Positions 18,666 to 29,059 of a stretch of DNA of 61,008 bases are shown here, in pieces. Each line of letters opens with the position of its first letter. Within the stretch, counting starts at the first letter, position 1. The stretch lies in the IMG/VR virus record IMGVR_UViG_3300023214_000332, positions 1 through 61,008 of that record. The stretch is one strand, 5' to 3'. The translations under genes were made by a program, and so were the position numbers. Under the pieces are notes generated by a model. That model was given only the letters and a program-made list of their open reading frames with translations. It made no database searches and was not told where the DNA came from. This DNA comes from a virus. Lineage: Duplodnaviria; Caudoviricetes.

Positions 18666-19193
18666 ATGAAAAAAGCTTTAATTAACCCAAACCTGGGCAC
18701 AATACTAGAAGTAGTGGAGGTCGGTGAAGAATTCCCCTCACATAAAGACTTGTTATGGGTGGACGCGGATGACGCGACAACCCGGGATTGGGTATGGGAT
18801 GGCACTACTTTGGCGGCACCAACTAAAGAGTCTATAACGGAGGTGCGTCGTAGCAAACGAGATGAGATTAATGATGCCCGCGCTGCAACAATACACACTG
18901 GAGTACAATGGAATGGGAATACTTGGGACACAGACCCGGTAGCGATAAGTAACGTTGTGGGAGCCGTGTCTTTTATTAAGTCAGCACCGGATATAGGCAT
19001 TCCGTTACCAGCAACTATTGTATGGCGGACACAGGACGACATTGATGTTGAGCTGACACCACAGCAGGTAATAGAGCTGGGTGTGGCTGTATTCCAACAT
19101 GTGGAGGCACAGTATAGAAAGTCGTTTACATTGAAGGACCAAATAGAGGCCGCTACTACGGTTGAGGATGTAAGGGCCGTCCGCTGGCAGTAA
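18666..19193 (+). CDS. Tail fibre assembly protein (DUF4376-like)
   Basis: KRDEINDAR, WRTQDD..V.LT, LKDQIEAATTVEDV..V.W. Confidence 0.75.
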   Translation: MKKALINPNLGTILEVVEVGEEFPSHKDLLWVDADDATTRDWVWDGTTLAAPTKESITEVRRSKRDEINDARAATIHTGVQWNGNTWDTDPVAISNVVGAVSFIKSAPDIGIPLPATIVWRTQDDIDVELTPQQVIELGVAVFQHVEAQYRKSFTLKDQIEAATTVEDVRAVRWQ

Positions 19194-19196
19194 CCC

Positions 19197-19412
19197 ATGG
19201 GTGATGACAACACAAATGATCGCCGATGTAATGAATTTGGCCGCCGGTCTTACGATGACCTGCACAGGGCGGCGTGGGATTTGACGGAGCAGCTTAAGCA
19301 ATTGAACGGTCAATTAACTACCATAATCCGCGTCATGCTGCTGCTTATTGGTGGCGGATTAGTTGCGCCGGAGTTTCTGCGTAAAGTACTCTCAATAACA
19401 GTGGGTGGGTAA
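19197..19412 (+). CDS. Holin-like membrane protein
   Basis: Coiled coil + one hydrophobic segment, upstream of endolysin. Confidence 0.45.
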   Translation: MGDDNTNDRRCNEFGRRSYDDLHRAAWDLTEQLKQLNGQLTTIIRVMLLLIGGGLVAPEFLRKVLSITVGG

Positions 19413-19416
19413 CACT

Positions 19417-19731
19417 ATGCCCCCAACATCACACCACAAACGGATGCGACTAAAACCTAACGGCGCAGGCTCTACTTGCCCCGCAGCAGAGGAGCTTGCA
19501 GAGCAGTTAATCAATTTTGAGCGCATAGTCGAGCAGGGTATTGGCAGCCACACCCGCAGGATTACTGACCTGGAGGACAAGGAGCGCACACAAGACGCGC
19601 AAATAGAGGCCCTGCAAAAACAACAGGTTATCATGGAGGATATGTTAGGAGAGCTGAAAAAGATTACTGGTTTGTGGAAAGATTTCATTGACTCTGTTGG
19701 CGCTGCTGCCCGTTTGGCAGGTAGGGAATAA
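19417..19731 (+). CDS. Coiled-coil lysis-associated hypothetical protein
   Basis: Heptad pattern; TAATG-coupled to endolysin. Confidence 0.5.
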   Translation: MPPTSHHKRMRLKPNGAGSTCPAAEELAEQLINFERIVEQGIGSHTRRITDLEDKERTQDAQIEALQKQQVIMEDMLGELKKITGLWKDFIDSVGAAARLAGRE

Positions 19732-20297
19732 TGAGCGAACTTTTTGACCGGGCCTTTGAGTGTATAATGAAGCATGAGGGTGGGTATGTAAATGACCCAA
19801 ATGATCCAGGTGGTGCAACGAAGTTTGGTGTTTCTCTACGATTCCTAAAAGCAGTATCTGGGGCTGGGCTTGAAGATGCGGACATGTATGGCGACCTTGA
19901 CGGCGACGGCGATGTAGATGCAGACGATATAACCCTGATAACAAAGGGGTTTGCAAAGGATGTGTATAGGAAGCACTGGTGGGATAAATGGGGCTATGAC
20001 CGGTTGGCGGAATCACCCAATACAGCAATCAAACTTGTTGATTTGGCTGTGAATATGGGACAGCGCCGTGCAACCGCATGTCTGCAAAGGGCAATCCGCG
20101 CAGCGGCTGGTATATCTATAGTAGACGATGGAATTTTAGGCCCCATTACTATATCAATGATTAGGGGTAACAATGATGTGTTGGTCACATGTTGTACTAT
20201 GAGTGAGGCTGCCGGGTACTACCGTAAACTTAACCGACGGAACTATGAAAGAGGATGGCTAAACAGAGCGTACAGCAGAGAAGGCTTAGACTTATAA
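19731..20297 (+). CDS. Endolysin, glycoside hydrolase family 108 with peptidoglycan-binding C-terminus
   Basis: HEGGYVNDPNDPGGATKFGV, D.AVNMG, DDGILGP.T, GWLNR. Confidence 0.92.
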   Translation: MSELFDRAFECIMKHEGGYVNDPNDPGGATKFGVSLRFLKAVSGAGLEDADMYGDLDGDGDVDADDITLITKGFAKDVYRKHWWDKWGYDRLAESPNTAIKLVDLAVNMGQRRATACLQRAIRAAAGISIVDDGILGPITISMIRGNNDVLVTCCTMSEAAGYYRKLNRRNYERGWLNRAYSREGLDL

Positions 20298-20587
20298 CAA
20301 TAATAATCCTGTCCACATTTCTAACGGCGGCTCCCGCAACGGAGCCAATCATTAATGATTACTCCGGCGACACCGAACTGACAAAGGAGGGCAAACGCCG
20401 CCTCTCTTATGTCGGGCTTATACGCAAAGCAAAGACACCAAAAGATTGTAAATGGGTCTACAGACGCGCCCTCGCTTCTGGGTATAGGCGGGTACAAATG
20501 GAGTATGCACAAATTTACCGCACATGCATGTATTGGATCATAGAACAGTCAGTGCAGCGGCAATATCCGCTGCGCTCACAGCAGTAA
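20255..20587 (+). CDS. Hypothetical exported protein
   Basis: Basic N-terminus + hydrophobic stretch; overlaps both neighbours. Confidence 0.4.
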   Translation: MAKQSVQQRRLRLITIIILSTFLTAAPATEPIINDYSGDTELTKEGKRRLSYVGLIRKAKTPKDCKWVYRRALASGYRRVQMEYAQIYRTCMYWIIEQSVQRQYPLRSQQ

Positions 20588-20982
20588 CCACGCTAGTCGG
20601 TGGCGCAACACTATACCCGCCAGAATACCCGGCTGTGGTCACTGAGGTTGTGGATGGCGACACAATTGGCGTGGAGGTGTATGTATGGCCAGAGGTTGTT
20701 GTACGTACACGAGTACGGGTGAGTGGTGTGGATACACCGGAGTTGCGTGCAAAATCGCAGTGTGAGCGGCTTATGGCAAGGCGTGCAAAAGACCTGACTA
20801 CTGGATTTGTCGATAAAGATAGTAAAATGGTGACGCTCCACATACGAGGTAAGGATAAATACGGTAGAGTGTTGGCTACAGTATCCAACAGCTTGGGTGT
20901 GTTGTCAGAGTTTTTAACCACTACGATATACGGTCGTAGTTACGATGGAGGTAGTAGAGATGAAAGTTGGTGTGTGGATTAG
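20524..20982 (+). CDS. Thermonuclease (SNase-like) with hydrophobic N-terminus
   Basis: VVDGDT, RVSGVDTPE, DKYGRVLA. Confidence 0.88.
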   Translation: MHVLDHRTVSAAAISAALTAVTTLVGGATLYPPEYPAVVTEVVDGDTIGVEVYVWPEVVVRTRVRVSGVDTPELRAKSQCERLMARRAKDLTTGFVDKDSKMVTLHIRGKDKYGRVLATVSNSLGVLSEFLTTTIYGRSYDGGSRDESWCVD

Positions 20983-21370
20983 CCTATTAGTTGCACTTGC
21001 GTTGTTGTCCGGGTGTGCAAGCACATCGGTTGATGACGTAAAGTCTGTAACAGATGCCGGTGTGACTAGCGTTAATGTCGGGCCAGAGGTTGCAGATGCA
21101 GATAGCGTAAATATGGGTACTAGATACCGCGCGGTGTTCGGTAAGGAGTATGGTAACTTTACCCTGACTGCTGAGTTTGATGAGCATGGCCGCCCCAAAA
21201 ATCTGCAAGTAACAGCGGGTGATGTGGGGGCCTTTGTGGGCCAACAAGCGGCTGCTAACGCTATTGTGGCGGTGCAGCAAGAGTTGTCGGCTATGGGCGT
21301 AGAAATGACCAGTGATATTACTTCTGCGGTCGTAGAATCTGTACTGAAGGCTTTTGCGCCTCAAAATTGA
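20960..21370 (+). CDS. Lipoprotein (possibly spanin-like)
   Basis: MKVGVWISLLVALALLSG|C lipobox; GGAGG RBS. Confidence 0.65.
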   Translation: MKVGVWISLLVALALLSGCASTSVDDVKSVTDAGVTSVNVGPEVADADSVNMGTRYRAVFGKEYGNFTLTAEFDEHGRPKNLQVTAGDVGAFVGQQAAANAIVAVQQELSAMGVEMTSDITSAVVESVLKAFAPQN

Positions 21371-22013
21371 TGTGCTAGGCAGTCGCGACGGGCATGTTGT
21401 CTATGACCGGGGGGCTATAAGCACCGGGGATATATTGCTATTCAGTGGCAAGGGGCCGATTAGTCAGGGAATAAAACACGCCCAATCCTGGTTTAAACAC
21501 CTCAACGCAACCATCGCTAAGTGGTCCCATGTGGGGGTAGCTGTTGTTGACAAGGAACTGGACCTGGTGTTGCTGTGGGAATCGACAACACTGGGATCTG
21601 CTAAAGACATAATCTCAGGCAAGACAACCAAGGGGGTACAACTTGTAAGCCTTACTGAGAGGTTGCGTACGTATGATGGTGAGGTGGGGTTGCGGACACT
21701 ACAGGATGTAGCAATTGATTCCCGCCGCATCACCATCATGAACAATTTGCGGCAATCTTTTAGGGGGCGCCCATACGAGCAAAATAAAATAGAGTTGATT
21801 AGATCAGTATATGACGGGGCTTTTGGTGATAATAAGCGGGATGTAAGCTCTTTATTTTGCAGCGAGCTTGTAGCGGAATTGTATATTGCATGGGGTTTAT
21901 TACTTCGGACCCCGCCCAGCAATGAATACACGCCAGCAGATTTTGCTGTGTTAAGCACAGTAGAGGGTCAGCTATCAGAGGTAAAACCCTTAATGTATGG
22001 CGGTATAAAATAG
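21354..22013 (+). CDS. Permuted papain-like NlpC/P60 (YiiX/YaeF family) protein
   Basis: GDILLF, WSHVG, ES, GRPYE, FCSELVA, TPADF (His before Cys). Confidence 0.82.
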   Translation: MRLKIDVLGSRDGHVVYDRGAISTGDILLFSGKGPISQGIKHAQSWFKHLNATIAKWSHVGVAVVDKELDLVLLWESTTLGSAKDIISGKTTKGVQLVSLTERLRTYDGEVGLRTLQDVAIDSRRITIMNNLRQSFRGRPYEQNKIELIRSVYDGAFGDNKRDVSSLFCSELVAELYIAWGLLLRTPPSNEYTPADFAVLSTVEGQLSEVKPLMYGGIK

Positions 22014-22023
22014 GAGCTGTGTT

Positions 22024-23343
22024 ATGCCAACACCTAAGTTGGGTTATGAGCACGCAAAGCAAGCTGTAGACGAAGTCAATACGGTGCTAGCAGATGGGTT
22101 TCGGTTAGACGGCGGTGGTAGATCGGCCGTTAGAGAGGCGGCCAAACGACTAAACTTAACGTCTGGTACGATGTATACGCGACTTCGTCGGGCTAAGGAG
22201 CTGTACCAACTGGAGCCGGACTACACGCTACAGGAAGCGGTGGTGGAATCCAGCCGCACCGATGGTAAAAACAGAACAGCATTTGAGCTGGACAAATTAG
22301 AGGAATCTTACCGGGCTATAAGAGAGGTACATCGGCTACGGGCTGCAAACAAAACACTGACCGCGCAGCTTAGGGAAGCAATAAAACGACAACAAGACTC
22401 TGACGATATAAAACAAGTAGCCTTTGGAATCAACGACTTAAACCCCGACCCACCAGATTGGGTGGTGGCCAAACCTAGTTTAGGGGGTAAACACTACAAG
22501 CAGGAAATGCCTATTTTGTTTACCAGTGATTTCCAATGGGGAGAGCGTGTGGAGCCAAGCGAGGTTGACTACCTAAATGAATATAATGCGGAGGTTGCCC
22601 GTGACAGGTACCGTAAGCTAATTGAGAAAACAATAAATATTTGTCACCACCATCACGCCCACCCCAAATACCCCGGCATCATATATTTGCGTGGCGGGGA
22701 TGCTCTGTCTGGAGATATACATGACGAGCTCCTAGAGACCAACGAGTTAAGCCCGCACCCAGCAATTAAAGATTTAGCTGAAATAGAGATTTGGGGCATA
22801 GAAACCCTTCAGCAGCATTTCGGCAATGTCTTGGTATACAGCGTCCCCGGTAACCATGGACGCACGACAAAGAAGCCGAGGGCGAAGGGGTATGCGGACC
22901 TAAACTATGAGGACTTGCTTTCGTGGTTTTTGGAGAAATACTTCTCAGCCAAGAAGGGTGGTGGTGCTGTAACCTTTATCACACCACGGACTGGTGATGC
23001 GTACTTCAAGGTTTTTGACGTAAACTTCCTCCTTACGCACGGTGACCGTATTGGTGCACGAGGTGGGCAGGGGTTTATTGGCCCCGCTGCCGTTATCCTC
23101 AAGGGGATACACAAAACCCGCCAGCAATATCACCAGGTCGGGAAACACATTGACTACGTGCTAATGGGCCACTTCCATGAGCCCATGTTCCTGCCCCACG
23201 GCATGGTTAACGGGTCATTAATTGGGTTTAACGAATACGCACGCGGCCTACGCATAGAGCCGCACTCTGCTTGTCAGTGGTTATTTTTTGTGCACCCGGA
23301 CCATGGAATTGTAGAGAAGCGACTTATCTACGTAGATCGCTAA
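22024..23343 (+). CDS. HTH + coiled coil + calcineurin-like metallophosphoesterase
   Basis: SVREAAKRL-type HTH; SDFQWG, GGD..SG.IH, PGNHGR, THGD, MGHFH, NGS. Confidence 0.8.
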   Translation: MPTPKLGYEHAKQAVDEVNTVLADGFRLDGGGRSAVREAAKRLNLTSGTMYTRLRRAKELYQLEPDYTLQEAVVESSRTDGKNRTAFELDKLEESYRAIREVHRLRAANKTLTAQLREAIKRQQDSDDIKQVAFGINDLNPDPPDWVVAKPSLGGKHYKQEMPILFTSDFQWGERVEPSEVDYLNEYNAEVARDRYRKLIEKTINICHHHHAHPKYPGIIYLRGGDALSGDIHDELLETNELSPHPAIKDLAEIEIWGIETLQQHFGNVLVYSVPGNHGRTTKKPRAKGYADLNYEDLLSWFLEKYFSAKKGGGAVTFITPRTGDAYFKVFDVNFLLTHGDRIGARGGQGFIGPAAVILKGIHKTRQQYHQVGKHIDYVLMGHFHEPMFLPHGMVNGSLIGFNEYARGLRIEPHSACQWLFFVHPDHGIVEKRLIYVDR

Positions 23344-23344
23344 A

Positions 23345-25243
23345 CTACGCCACCTCACAAGCCCCAGCTACACAAGCCAGCTCTTGGGAGCCTGTTGTGT
23401 AATCCTCCTGCTCGTACCCATTTAGGTACGACCAATCTACATTCTTGGGCATTTTGGCTAGCATCTCCATGTACGCAGTCTCATCTATCGCTTCGTATGG
23501 TGCCTGTCGGTAATTGTGCTCTGTGTAGGGGAGGAAGGACACGCCGCTAATTTTATTAAATTTTTGGTATACCCAATCACCAACCGCTAACCACTCATAC
23601 TCTCGCACATACACAGTACAGCTTGGCTTGTGCTCACACCAATTATCCTGCAACAATTCCCACACCTCTAGCTGGTCTATAGCACTAACCTCATCTGCAG
23701 TCGTGCTAGTCGCGGGTGATTCAATTGGAAATTGGAAGACAATGTTTTTGTCGTTGTTTACGCAACGCTCGTGGGGGAATCCAGTGTTAACCATAAATTG
23801 TGTTAGGGGGTCCATTGCATCACCCCTAACACGACGGATGTAGTGACGGGAGAACCTTGGATGCAGGCCAGAGGCGCAGTCAACAAGCTGGCTAACTGTG
23901 CCGCTGGGTTTGACACATGTAATGGCGGTAGATTGGTTAATACCCAACGCCGCCGCCCACTCTGCATTAACCTCCACAGCGTAATCCCGCAAACTACGCA
24001 GCCACGCCGGGTCTAGGAATGACCTATCACAATCCATTATACCGGTGAGGGACACCCCTAGTAGCCGCTCCTCCTCACAGTTCTCGCGCCACTGCTGGCC
24101 CAAGTAGCGGAAGTTAGTAAAAGTGGATTGTATTGTCCCTAAAAGTGTTGCCACCATGACCTTTTCTCTGACTGATTCATTTGTATCATCGGGCCGTAAA
24201 ATAACCTCACTCAGGTTGCAGCATTGGGCATTGCGCAGGAGGATTTCTCCACAGGGGTTTGTGCCGAAGTCCCTGTCCGCATCCCTGCGCCCGTTCCTGG
24301 CGGCAACTAGCTGGGCAGCCTCTCGGTTAAATATACCCCTCTCACCAGCTTTACTTTCGTACAGGGAGAACCACTCGCGCATAAATGCGTGCATCTCCGG
24401 CTTCTCGGTGTACGCCACGGAGTTATTTGCCAATGCACGCTGTGGGTTTGTTACCCACCACTGGCCGGATTTTGCAGATCGCATACGATCGTCACTGAGG
24501 TTGCTGAGGCTTATTAGTGCAGACCTGCGTACACCTCCTACTACTACAACCTCGCCCACTTTACACACAATATCATGGAGCTCTAGGCTGTTTAGCCTGC
24601 GGCCGGCGGCGTCTCGTATGGTTGCCGTAGTAAACTCAAACAGGTCCTCCAAGGGCTCCGGGCCACTCGCACGACCTCCAAACGTCTTTAGTACAGACCC
24701 CGCTGGCCGCACATTAGACGTGTCCCAGCGCGGGATGCGTCCAGAGTAAAGCAGGCAGACCAGCTCCCGGAATGCGTTGCACCACCCAAGCTTGCTGTCA
24801 TCCACGATGATGAGCGAATCAGACCTATAAAAGGTCTCAGACACAGTAGGGAGTTTGGCTATGCTTTGTCGCTCTACGGAGAAACCAACACCCGAGCCAC
24901 ACAGCAGACAATACATAATCTCATCCAGTGCCCGGATGCTGTCTACTGCCCGGTACGTACAATTAAACGCGGCTAGGTTGTCGCGCTCTAATGCGGGGCC
25001 TGCAGTCATCATTGCCCGCATACTCGGCATGACGTGTTGGTAGAGGATGCTATCCTCTATTAGTTGCTTAAAACCCCTTAACCGCTCTGCTGCCCCTGGG
25101 TAGTGCTGTGCTACATGTTGGAGTATAAATTGGACATACCTGTCTACCGTAGTTTCTGACCATGTTTCCCGTCTTTGTTTTGTGTAATCCCATCTCGCAT
25201 ATCTGCTTAGATGAATGTAGTTCTGGTAGTCAGTCGCAAGCAT
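23345..25243 (-). CDS. nrdJ: Class II (adenosylcobalamin-dependent) ribonucleotide reductase
   Basis: PSMRAM, FNC, GVRRSA, TNPCGEI, CNLSE, TCVKPSGT, C-terminal CxxxxC; no beta-subunit gene nearby. Confidence 0.92.
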   Translation of the reverse strand: MLATDYQNYIHLSRYARWDYTKQRRETWSETTVDRYVQFILQHVAQHYPGAAERLRGFKQLIEDSILYQHVMPSMRAMMTAGPALERDNLAAFNCTYRAVDSIRALDEIMYCLLCGSGVGFSVERQSIAKLPTVSETFYRSDSLIIVDDSKLGWCNAFRELVCLLYSGRIPRWDTSNVRPAGSVLKTFGGRASGPEPLEDLFEFTTATIRDAAGRRLNSLELHDIVCKVGEVVVVGGVRRSALISLSNLSDDRMRSAKSGQWWVTNPQRALANNSVAYTEKPEMHAFMREWFSLYESKAGERGIFNREAAQLVAARNGRRDADRDFGTNPCGEILLRNAQCCNLSEVILRPDDTNESVREKVMVATLLGTIQSTFTNFRYLGQQWRENCEEERLLGVSLTGIMDCDRSFLDPAWLRSLRDYAVEVNAEWAAALGINQSTAITCVKPSGTVSQLVDCASGLHPRFSRHYIRRVRGDAMDPLTQFMVNTGFPHERCVNNDKNIVFQFPIESPATSTTADEVSAIDQLEVWELLQDNWCEHKPSCTVYVREYEWLAVGDWVYQKFNKISGVSFLPYTEHNYRQAPYEAIDETAYMEMLAKMPKNVDWSYLNGYEQEDYTTGSQELACVAGACEVA

Positions 25244-25392
25244 GGCTTACCTCTTGTTTGGTTAGTTCTGACGCGAGACTCAGACTGTACTACAAGCGAC
25301 GGAAGAAAAAACTATTGACTTTTTTTGCTGGTTATTATCGTAATTTAGACCGATTCCGTTGAACCACAACCGAGGTGATTTGATGTGTTGAA

Positions 25393-25932
25393 TCAGTCTT
25401 TTATACCCAATATAGCCGCCGCATAGGTAAACACGCGCTCAGCAATATCGGCCGTCCATGGTATCACCTCCAGCCCGCTTATTGGGCTTAACCCCGCGTC
25501 GGAGAGCCACCAAGGTTGGTGTAGGAACAGTACTGGGGTTTCGTTTGCTACGATGTGCCTATCCAACTCCTTGACGAGTTTTGGCATGGGCCAAGGAAGC
25601 CCATAATTTTGGAAAATAGCTTTGAGGATCTCGTTCTCTATAACCCCATAGTCAGTAACCATGTTCTTGAGCGGGTATGGTATGTCATTGACATACGCCT
25701 CTGCGGCATCATGCATTAGCGCGCATGCCTGTAATTCTACGTCGCCTCCAGCAAGCTCCACGCCCCTCGCTAGCAACGTACAATGTTGTGCAACAGAGTA
25801 ATGGGTGACAATATGCCCGCCGTAGCGGCACTGCAATGACAGAGCGTGCGCTATGTCTACCAAGCTAAAGGAATCCGGTCCATATAGTTTGTAATCAAAG
25901 CAGCCCGTATACGTTTGTATCCAACTACCCAT
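25393..25932 (-). CDS. HD-domain phosphohydrolase (YfbR-like deoxynucleotidase)
   Basis: DIAHALS..CRY.GH...YSVAQH, LMHDAAEAY..DIP.PLK; start moved to MGSWIQ. Confidence 0.85.
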   Translation of the reverse strand: MGSWIQTYTGCFDYKLYGPDSFSLVDIAHALSLQCRYGGHIVTHYSVAQHCTLLARGVELAGGDVELQACALMHDAAEAYVNDIPYPLKNMVTDYGVIENEILKAIFQNYGLPWPMPKLVKELDRHIVANETPVLFLHQPWWLSDAGLSPISGLEVIPWTADIAERVFTYAAAILGIKD

Positions 25933-26242
25933 TGGGGTGTCCCGTAGTACGTATTCTACGGATCTTTTCCTCTGTGACCATCTCCTCCGTCCTGGCATAC
26001 CCCGCTATGTCTACTAAGTTATCACGCTTTTTGTTAAAAGACTGCCGGCATAACTTCACCGCAATCATAAATCTCGACACATCCTCCGGCTCAAACTTAT
26101 ACCTACCACATGTGAGTACAGTCCATACTGCAGCTATGCGGGAGAAATTATCAAGTGGGCTGTCATAGGCCGCTTGTCGAGGGCCGCTTACCAAAGCCTC
26201 CGCCTCTTCAAGTATTGTCTGTTTGGATTCTTGACCCGTCAT
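25925..26242 (-). CDS. DUF6378-like protein
   Basis: ILEEA..LV.G.RQ..Y..P..NF.RIA..W...M...K..R...DN.VDIAGY. Confidence 0.75.
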   Translation of the reverse strand: MTGQESKQTILEEAEALVSGPRQAAYDSPLDNFSRIAAVWTVLTCGRYKFEPEDVSRFMIAVKLCRQSFNKKRDNLVDIAGYARTEEMVTEEKIRRIRTTGHPNG

Positions 26243-28058
26243 CTGTTTTAACCACCCTAGTTATGGAATTAAACCCACCAAACTCAAGGGAGTGGTGGTC
26301 TATAAGCCAAATTTGTATGCCCTGTGCCTCGGCTATGCCAGACAAAGTCACCAACAGTGCATCAATGCCCTCTGTGGATAGGTGTTGTGTCGGTTCGTCC
26401 AAAATCAACGGTGCTTGCAAAAGCCCAATCTGACGCCGGACCATGTTAGCTATGCCTAGGGCACCGGCTAACCGCAACCGCTGTAGCTCGCCACCAGACC
26501 AAGCCTCCCAAGGTACCGGCTCCTCTGCTTGTGGGGAGGTTATGTTTACTACAAACCCCTTTGTTATCTTTCCGGCCTTAGTCTCTCGTTCTACGTCAAA
26601 ATGTACCTCCCACCCAGTCAACCCAAGCTCCACCAGGTAGTTATTTACCTCTACCTCAAGGGTGGCGAGGGCCCTCTCTAAAATCATTAGCCGTATGTCT
26701 TTAAAGCCCTTAATCCAAAATTCGTGCGCCTCTTTCTCTGCCTGTTTTTTATCCAGGTCGGCCTCTACCTTCTCAAAAGCATTAACCAGGTCCTCTGCCT
26801 GCCGTTCTGCCTTGTCCAGCAGGTTTTGGAATGGGTTGTTGTCCCGCTCTTTTTGTTCTATTAAGTTAAGGGCACGAATGACCTCGCGGTTGGTGCTTGC
26901 TAGGGAGGACTCACATTCTTGTGTTGCCCATTCAGCCTCCCTTAATTTTTGTTGGGCACGGGCAAGTTCTCCCTCCACACCCCGCGCGGCCGCTTTATGT
27001 GTTGATAACGCATCATTTAATTCTACTAATTTAGCCTCAGTGGTCGTAAACTCTTTACGGGCAGCATCCAACCCGCCATTCATTTCCGTCACTATTCTCT
27101 TTATGTGACCCTTACCCAAGGGTTGGCAGCAAGTTGGGCAGACCTCACCAAGGGTTTGGAACGTCTTTAGCGAAAGCTCGTGTTTAGTGACCTCTTTTTT
27201 CAGTGCCCGTAATTCTGCCTCCAGATTGTAAATGCCCCTGCTATATTGGCTGTCTTGATCAGAGGTGGTGTGTGCTTTTTCTTGTGCTGCGTCCACCTGT
27301 TTGGATAGCACAGCCACAACGTTTTTTTGTTTTTTCAGTTTTGCCTCAATAGCAGAGACTTCTTCCTGTAAACGGGCCGCCACCGCCGCCAGCTCTTTGA
27401 GTTCCTGTTCCCTGTTATCCTCGAAATCTTTCGCCGCCTTCTCATGCGCAGCAATTTGCTGCTCTAACTGCTCCATTTGACCGCTAATGTGGTCAAGCTC
27501 TCGGCTTAAGCTCAGAGCTTTATTTTCTGCGTCTTTAGCCTTAGTTGCAGCCATGGAGCTGCGCTGCAACCATACATCTAATTCAAGTATTTTCGCGAAT
27601 ACAGCAAGTTTTGGTGTTGGGGCGAGGTCGAAAAAGGTGGTAGCAAACTGCCCTATTAATACTGAGTGTAAAAACGTGTCAGCAGACACGCCAATTAAAT
27701 CCTCTAACCCCTCCTGGTCTACACTGCGCCCATTAACCTCCAGTGTGTTGGGACTCCAACTACGTACCACCTCTTGTTGTTGTCCGTTTACCTCGACCCG
27801 CAGCGCGCAGCGCATTGTATCCGTACAAGTCCAATTACGTATGCTACCACCACGTAAGTTTCTGGTGGTTTTCCCATATAAAGCCCAAAACAAAGCCTCG
27901 AACAGGCTAGACTTACCAGCCCCATTGCCGCCAAGATCTGGCTCCGCTTGGTTAGCCCCAACAATAAAGTGTAGGCCGGGGCCGTAACTAGAAAAGTCGA
28001 ATTCATGCTGCCCGTGGAATGACCGGAAATTCTCGAGCACTAATTTGCCAAATCTCAT
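26208..28058 (-). CDS. Rad50/SbcC/gp46-like SMC ATPase
   Basis: ENFRSF, GNGAGKSS, CPTC zinc hook, SGGE, LILDEP, IDH. Confidence 0.92.
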   Translation of the reverse strand: MRFGKLVLENFRSFHGQHEFDFSSYGPGLHFIVGANQAEPDLGGNGAGKSSLFEALFWALYGKTTRNLRGGSIRNWTCTDTMRCALRVEVNGQQQEVVRSWSPNTLEVNGRSVDQEGLEDLIGVSADTFLHSVLIGQFATTFFDLAPTPKLAVFAKILELDVWLQRSSMAATKAKDAENKALSLSRELDHISGQMEQLEQQIAAHEKAAKDFEDNREQELKELAAVAARLQEEVSAIEAKLKKQKNVVAVLSKQVDAAQEKAHTTSDQDSQYSRGIYNLEAELRALKKEVTKHELSLKTFQTLGEVCPTCCQPLGKGHIKRIVTEMNGGLDAARKEFTTTEAKLVELNDALSTHKAAARGVEGELARAQQKLREAEWATQECESSLASTNREVIRALNLIEQKERDNNPFQNLLDKAERQAEDLVNAFEKVEADLDKKQAEKEAHEFWIKGFKDIRLMILERALATLEVEVNNYLVELGLTGWEVHFDVERETKAGKITKGFVVNITSPQAEEPVPWEAWSGGELQRLRLAGALGIANMVRRQIGLLQAPLILDEPTQHLSTEGIDALLVTLSGIAEAQGIQIWLIDHHSLEFGGFNSITRVVKTDDGSRIQTDNT

Positions 28059-29059
28059 AACAACCTACGCCCTACATTGGTTAGTGCTTTGTCCAGCTTT
28101 TCCCGTTTGCAGTATTCGTCAAAAACTTGCGCTGTAGTAACTACAGGCTCGGCATTGTTGTCGTCTTTAGACAGCCGCTTACGCTCTTTTGTCACAACCT
28201 CCAGCCCCTGCAGCAGCACGCCGTGCTGTTGGCACCATTGGACTATTACTGCTTTGTTCTCTGCCCAGGACGCAAACTCAGACCGAGCCATGCGCACTTT
28301 GACCTTTAGTTGGTCGTTTGGCCTAAGCCCCAACTTCTCTAGGTCATCTGTTGTTGATATTGTGGCACTGACTTTCTTTACACTACCAAAATGGTGGTCT
28401 TGCGCAGCGTGTGTGGTTTGGTCTAAGGATAAAATCCTAGGTGTAAAATCGTCACCAAAATGGACATGATAGGGGCTGCCCACATACGTAATCGGACCAA
28501 CCCGTTGTGGCACATGAATATCACCGCTGTAACAGTTTGATTTTGGTTTTTTACCTCGTAGCTTGCTGAAATAAGAGGTAGACATGCCTGTCATTTTTAC
28601 TCCGTTAGAGGCTCGTGCACCATCAAATGTTTGGTGCAACATCACATATTCTGCCCTTGCAATATCCCGCTCGGTCCCAGACCACTCCTTCTCCGGGTTG
28701 CGACTATGGGGCAGCATAAGCACGCCGTTTTTCAGTAGCCTGGGTTGGGTAAAAAACTCAACATTGGCCGCTATTAATGGTAAGAATCGGAAAAACGGGT
28801 TATTTGGGTCAAACCCATCATGATTCCCGCGTAAGATGCGTACGCACTGGAAGTGGTCAGACAGCAGTCTGATCCCATGTACCAACCGGTTGACCAGCGA
28901 GGCGGGGTGTCTGTCTTTTGCATCGGTCAGGTCACCCAGGATATATAGGTCATCCACACCGCCAGGGAATGTGTTGCACAAGTACTCGAAAACACCCCAC
29001 CGGTACTCATCTTGTTCTCTGCTAGTTAAGTGCCAGTCTGCTGATATAATAAACATCAT
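28055..29059 (-). CDS. Mre11/SbcD/gp47-like nuclease
   Basis: ADWHL, LGDL, GNHD, HQT, SGDIH, YVGSP. Confidence 0.9.
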   Translation of the reverse strand: MMFIISADWHLTSREQDEYRWGVFEYLCNTFPGGVDDLYILGDLTDAKDRHPASLVNRLVHGIRLLSDHFQCVRILRGNHDGFDPNNPFFRFLPLIAANVEFFTQPRLLKNGVLMLPHSRNPEKEWSGTERDIARAEYVMLHQTFDGARASNGVKMTGMSTSYFSKLRGKKPKSNCYSGDIHVPQRVGPITYVGSPYHVHFGDDFTPRILSLDQTTHAAQDHHFGSVKKVSATISTTDDLEKLGLRPNDQLKVKVRMARSEFASWAENKAVIVQWCQQHGVLLQGLEVVTKERKRLSKDDNNAEPVVTTAQVFDEYCKREKLDKALTNVGRRLL

